From: Nanobdellota archaeon
Lineage (GTDB): Archaea; Nanobdellota; Nanobdellia; Pacearchaeales; GW2011-AR1
Reading direction: 5' to 3'
Length of the DNA: 34,912 nt
Assembly: GCA_038045485.1 (NCBI GenBank)
Contig: JBBSYA010000052.1
Location: 1 to 34,912 of the forward strand
The notes under the pieces are model-generated. The model saw only the letters and a program-made list of their open reading frames with translations. It had not been told where the DNA came from and did not search any database. Every line of letters starts with the position of its first letter. Within the stretch, counting starts at the first letter, position 1. A program made the position numbers and the translations under genes. Below are positions 31,146 through 34,912 of this stretch, in pieces.

Positions 31146-33275
31146 ATGAAGATAGGGCATGAACACGAAAGCTCGAATAACTTTAGTTATACTTGCCCCA
31201 TGCATTCTTCAATAATAAAAAATAAACCGGGAATTTGCCCAATTTGTGGAATGAATCTTATTCCTATTAAGAACAAAAATACAGAACATTTTAAACATGA
31301 AAGCCTTAATTTCGACAAACACGAAGGTCACACAACTGAAATGTTTGTCAAAAGATTCTGGATAAGTTTAATATTAACTCTTCCAGTTGTATTTTATTCT
31401 GAACTTTTTCAAAAATTATTTGGGATTAAAACTCCTTTCTTAGGATTTGATTATGTTGTTCTTATCTTAAGTTCAATTGTTTTTTTCTATGGTGGCTGGA
31501 TTTTTATTATTGGTGCTTATAGGGAAATAAGAGCCAAAATGATTGGCATGATGACTCTAATCGGTTTAGCTATTTCTGTTGCTTATATCTACAGCGTTAC
31601 TTCACTTTTCTTTTTTAAAGCAGGTAATTTATTTTGGGAACTTACAACACTTATAACAATCATGCTTCTCGGGCATTGGATAGAAATGAAAGCAGTTAGC
31701 GGAGCGCAATCTGCATTAAAAGAACTTGCAAAACTTCTTCCAGATAAAGCTGAAGTAATAAGAGCAAAAAAAATGCTGGTTATTCCTCTAAATGAATTAA
31801 AAATAGGAGATATAGTTTTTGTAAGACCGGGTGGAAAGATTCCTGCTGATGGGATCGTTATTGAAGGAAAATCCGATATTGATGAATCGATTATTACTGG
31901 TGAATCAAAACCAGTTAAAAAAATTATAGGTTCTATGGTAATTGCTGGCTCAATTAATGAAGATGGAAGTTTAAAAATAAGAATAACAAAAATAGGAGAA
32001 AAAACATTTCTTGCTGGAATAATGAAATTAGTTGCAGAAGCTCAATCATCAAAATCAAAAATGCAGCTTCTTGCAGATAAAGTTGCGGGATATTTAACCT
32101 TCATTGCTATTGGTACAGGTAGTTTAACATTTGCACTTTGGCTTATTGCAAAAGCTACTCCAATTTTTGCTTTAGAAAGATTAGTAAGTGTCTTAGTAAT
32201 AGCTTGTCCGCACGCATTAGGCTTAGCGATTCCGTTAGTCGCCGCAATATCTACTGCTTTAGCTGCTAGAAATGGTTTGCTTGTAAAACAAAGAATTGCT
32301 TTAGAATCTGCAAGAAAAGTTGATATTGTATTATTTGATAAAACAGGAACTCTAACAAAAGGAGAATATGGGGTAACTGAAGTTATAACTAATCCAAAAT
32401 TTAAAGTAAGTGAAAAAAATTTACTTCAGTTTGCAGCTTCTGTTAATAGTCACTCAGAACATTTTGTTGCAAAAGCCCTAGTTAAGGAAGCCCAAAAAAG
32501 AAAGATTAAAATTCTCAAAACAGAGGACTTCAAGCGCATAGCTGGAAAAGGAGTAACTGCAAAAATTGGAAAAAATAAAATCTTAATTGGTGGAGAAGCC
32601 ATACTCGGAAATTTAAAAATTAATGATGAATTTAAGAATAAAATTTCTCAATTTTCTAAAAGTGGTAAAACAATAATTTTTATCATCATAAATAATAATC
32701 TTATAGGCATCATTATTCTTGCAGATATTATAAGAGAAGAATCAAGAGCAGCTATTTCAGAGCTTAAAAAAATGAATATAAAATCTGCGATGATTACTGG
32801 AGATTCAGAAGGTGTTGCAAAATGGGTTGCCAATGAATTAGGAATAGATGAATACTTTGCAAAAATTCTGCCTGATGAAAAGTCAAAAAAAGTAAAACTC
32901 CTACAATCAAGAGGCATGAGAGTAGCAATGGTAGGAGATGGTATTAATGACGCCCCCGCGCTTGCTCAAGCAGATGTGGGCATAGCCATAGGGGCGGGTA
33001 CTAATGTTGCAATAGAAAGTGCTGGAATAATCCTTATAAGAAATAATCCTCAGGATATTGTAAAAATAATAAAATTATCGCAAGCAACCTATGGCAAAAT
33101 GAAGCAAAATTTATGGTGGGCAACTGGATATAATATTGCAGCTATTCCTTTAGCAGCCGGAGTTCTTTACTCCCAAGGTATTCTTCTGCAACCCGCCTTG
33201 GCTGCGGTGTTGATGTCTGCTTCAACAGTTATTGTTGCCGTTAATGCCTTACTGTTGAAAAGATTCAAATTTTAG
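31146..33275 (+). CDS. copB: P1B ATPase of the CPH (CopB-like) class with N-terminal CPxH...CPxCGM metal-binding domain
   Basis: YTCPMHSSIIKNKPGICPICGMNL, TGES, TM6 ACPHALGLAIP, DKTGTLT, SEHFVA and [10 protein letters not shown]. Confidence 0.9.
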   Translation: MKIGHEHESSNNFSYTCPMHSSIIKNKPGICPICGMNLIPIKNKNTEHFKHESLNFDKHEGHTTEMFVKRFWISLILTLPVVFYSELFQKLFGIKTPFLGFDYVVLILSSIVFFYGGWIFIIGAYREIRAKMIGMMTLIGLAISVAYIYSVTSLFFFKAGNLFWELTTLITIMLLGHWIEMKAVSGAQSALKELAKLLPDKAEVIRAKKMLVIPLNELKIGDIVFVRPGGKIPADGIVIEGKSDIDESIITGESKPVKKIIGSMVIAGSINEDGSLKIRITKIGEKTFLAGIMKLVAEAQSSKSKMQLLADKVAGYLTFIAIGTGSLTFALWLIAKATPIFALERLVSVLVIACPHALGLAIPLVAAISTALAARNGLLVKQRIALESARKVDIVLFDKTGTLTKGEYGVTEVITNPKFKVSEKNLLQFAASVNSHSEHFVAKALVKEAQKRKIKILKTEDFKRIAGKGVTAKIGKNKILIGGEAILGNLKINDEFKNKISQFSKSGKTIIFIIINNNLIGIIILADIIREESRAAISELKKMNIKSAMITGDSEGVAKWVANELGIDEYFAKILPDEKSKKVKLLQSRGMRVAMVGDGINDAPALAQADVGIAIGAGTNVAIESAGIILIRNNPQDIVKIIKLSQATYGKMKQNLWWATGYNIAAIPLAAGVLYSQGILLQPALAAVLMSASTVIVAVNALLLKRFKF

Positions 33276-33500
33276 ATACCCTATTAATGCAAATCTTCTA
33301 AAAAACAAGAGAGCAAAACTACCCAACCCTAACTTCTACAGAATTGCCAGTTAAATTACTACTTAAAATTTTTTAAACAATCTAAAAATAATAGTAACTT
33401 TGAAAAATTAGGTTTGGTAATTGATAAATTTCGCTCGGGGGTTAATTACTCTATCAAACTACGAGAAACATTTATATACCATCCAATAAACTAAGTTAAT

Positions 33501-33809
33501 ATGGAATTTTGCCCTAAGTGTGGAAGTGTTCTTGTTGAAAAAAGAAAAAAGTTTGGTTGTGTTAACTGCAATTATTCTGCTAAAGGAAAAGTTAAGATAG
33601 AAAGCACCGAACAGCTTATTGAACAAAAGAAAACTGCAGTTGTAAAAGAAAAAGATGCTAATGTTATGCCAACAGTTCCAGCTAATTGTTCAAAATGCGG
33701 ACACAAAGAAGCTTATTTTTGGACTGCACAAACAAGAGCAGCAGATGAAGCTGAAACCAAATTCTTCAAATGCACAAAGTGCAAACATACTTGGCGAGAG
33801 TATAGATAG
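33501..33809 (+). CDS. tfs: Transcription factor S (TFS / RpoM-like)
   Basis: The N-terminal ribbon is CPKCGS...CVNC. The C-terminal TFIIS-type ribbon is CSKCGHKEAYFWTAQTRAADEAETKFFKCTKCKHTW, with an acidic DE loop. GAAACATTTATATA lies 23 nt upstream. Confidence 0.9.
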   Translation: MEFCPKCGSVLVEKRKKFGCVNCNYSAKGKVKIESTEQLIEQKKTAVVKEKDANVMPTVPANCSKCGHKEAYFWTAQTRAADEAETKFFKCTKCKHTWREYR

Positions 33810-33857
33810 TGTATGCTTGAAAGTAGAGTTTAAATAATAAAATTTCTTAATAAATCC

Positions 33858-34505
33858 ATGACAATTAAAGAAGAATTTTTTAAAGAATTAAGAGAAAAAA
33901 TAAAATCTAATTTTGAAGAAGGTGGAAGTCATGCATTTGACCATACCGAAAGAGTCTATAATCTAGCATTAAAAATGGGGGAAAAAGAAAGAGCGGATTT
34001 AGAAGTTATAGGCGCCGCCGCTCTTCTTCATGATATAGCCAGATTAAAAGAAGATAACGGGGAGGTGAAATGCCATGCCGAGCAAGGTAGTGAAATTGCG
34101 CAGAAAATACTTGAAGAAATGAACTTTCCAAAAGAGAAAATCAATAATGTAGTCCATTCAATTAAAGTTCATAGACACAGCAAAGGACTAACCGCAGAAA
34201 CAATAGAAGCAAAAATAATTCAAGATGCGGACAGACTTGATGCATTAGGAGCAATTACTATTGGTCGAATGTTTTCTACGGGTGGAAAAACAGATCGCCC
34301 CCTATACAATCCAGAAGTCCCATTCGGAAAAGTTCATCCGGGATATTATTCTGAATCTACAATACATGGTTTTTATGCAAAAATACTAAAAATTACTCCT
34401 GAAAAATTTAATACTGGACTTGCTAAGAAACTTGCCCGAGGCAGATACAAATTTGTTGAGAGATTTCTTAAACAATTCTTTAAAGAATGGAAAGGAGAAT
34501 TATAA
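33858..34505 (+). CDS. HD-domain metal-dependent phosphohydrolase
   Basis: HAFDHTERV, AALLHDIAR and QDADRLDALGA. Confidence 0.85.
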   Translation: MTIKEEFFKELREKIKSNFEEGGSHAFDHTERVYNLALKMGEKERADLEVIGAAALLHDIARLKEDNGEVKCHAEQGSEIAQKILEEMNFPKEKINNVVHSIKVHRHSKGLTAETIEAKIIQDADRLDALGAITIGRMFSTGGKTDRPLYNPEVPFGKVHPGYYSESTIHGFYAKILKITPEKFNTGLAKKLARGRYKFVERFLKQFFKEWKGEL

Positions 34506-34586
34506 TCTAAGCAGACTCAGCCCACATCTGGCGAGAACATCGGTAGACAACAATAATTCTTATAAATACTCAAAAATTGTTAAAAT

Positions 34587-34793
34587 ATGGATATTTTTAA
34601 TAACCTTGAACCCCGAGAAAGTCCTTCGGGCTTGCATCGAAGACTTGGAATAATGTTCACAGTAAAAACTTTAGTAGGATTTAGCTACGAATTTCTTTTA
34701 AAACCAATTGGAGAAGCTGCTGCATGTTTATATCACAGCGCAGTAAATAAAATAGTTCCGCCAGTAAATCCCAACGACTACGGCAAAAGTTAA
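34587..34793 (+). CDS. Small hypothetical protein (68 aa)
   Basis: ORF only; no recognisable domain or clear promoter. Confidence 0.25.
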   Translation: MDIFNNLEPRESPSGLHRRLGIMFTVKTLVGFSYEFLLKPIGEAAACLYHSAVNKIVPPVNPNDYGKS

Positions 34794-34835
34794 ATCAATA
34801 ACTTTAAAATACTACTTTTTCTCTATAAAGTATAA

Positions 34836-34910
34836 GGCCCGTTAGCTCAGTCCGGTTAGAGTACCACACTCTTAATGTGGGTGCCAAGGGTTCAAATCCC
34901 TTACGGGCCA
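34836..34910 (+). tRNA. tRNA-Lys (anticodon CUU)
   Basis: Full cloverleaf. Acceptor is GGCCCGT/ACGGGCC and the D arm is GCTC-AGTCCGGTTA-GAGT. The anticodon arm is CCACA-CTCTTAA-TGTGG and the variable loop is GTGCC. The T arm is AAGGG-TTCAAAT-CCCTT with discriminator A. No encoded CCA. A TATA-like TTTAAAAT lies about 30 nt upstream. Confidence 0.95.
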
Positions 34911-34912
34911 TT

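Noticed and set aside
33655-33837. 60-aa ORF overlapping tfs, and the 34420-34653 ORF overlapping the HD gene end
   Set aside because: Both are out-of-frame overlaps with confident genes and carry no independent signals.
1-34912. Looked for CRISPR arrays (regularly spaced 24-40-nt direct repeats) and cas genes because of the Csa3-like and Cas4-like proteins
   Set aside because: No repeat-spacer array is visible on either strand. The only phased repeats are short arrays (4 x 12 bp at 17211; 3 x about 20 bp at 20534). No Cas1, Cas2, Cas10 or Cas7-like ORFs were recognised.

Overview
AT-rich archaeal chromosomal segment (GC judged by eye, not computed). The gene set suggests a small-genome, DPANN-like archaeon: family-B DNA polymerase, Cdc48/VAT, TFS, Sec11-type signal peptidase and type-2 MetAP. 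GAAACATTTAWATA or CTTTATAAAC TATA-like boxes sit about 22-35 nt upstream of many start codons. Layout: (1) 1-7.6 kb is housekeeping: polB, an NOL1/NOP2/Sun m5C RNA methyltransferase, MetAP and signal peptidase. A roughly 35-nt intergenic repeat occurs there three times. (2) About 7.6-20.8 kb is an accessory, defence-type island. It holds a DDE transposase, an AbrB + wHTH + GmrSD-like (DUF262/DUF1524) module and a single-chain nuclease-methylase-specificity (Type IIG-like) R-M enzyme. It also holds an orphan Csa3-like CARF-wHTH regulator divergent from a tandem-AAA+ ATPase operon, a degenerate tRNA-like sequence, phased iteron-like repeats, two unknown proteins and a convergent Cas4-like Fe-S nuclease. 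(3) 20.8-24 kb has a Zn-ribbon/AbrB regulator and Cdc48/VAT. (4) 24-33.3 kb is a copper/heavy-metal island: HMA proteins, a TRASH-like protein, cupredoxins, an ArsR regulator with operator palindrome, a CPC-type CopA and a CPH-type CopB. (5) The window ends with TFS, an HD hydrolase and tRNA-Lys(CUU). No CRISPR array or cas effector genes were seen. The best candidates for an undescribed system are the Csa3-like/tandem-AAA+ operon (13.7-16.4 kb) and the adjacent unknown-unknown-Cas4-like nuclease module (17.5-20.3 kb). These could be two halves of one ATPase+nuclease system or remnants of an integrated element. All domain calls come from motif reading by eye, with no database search.
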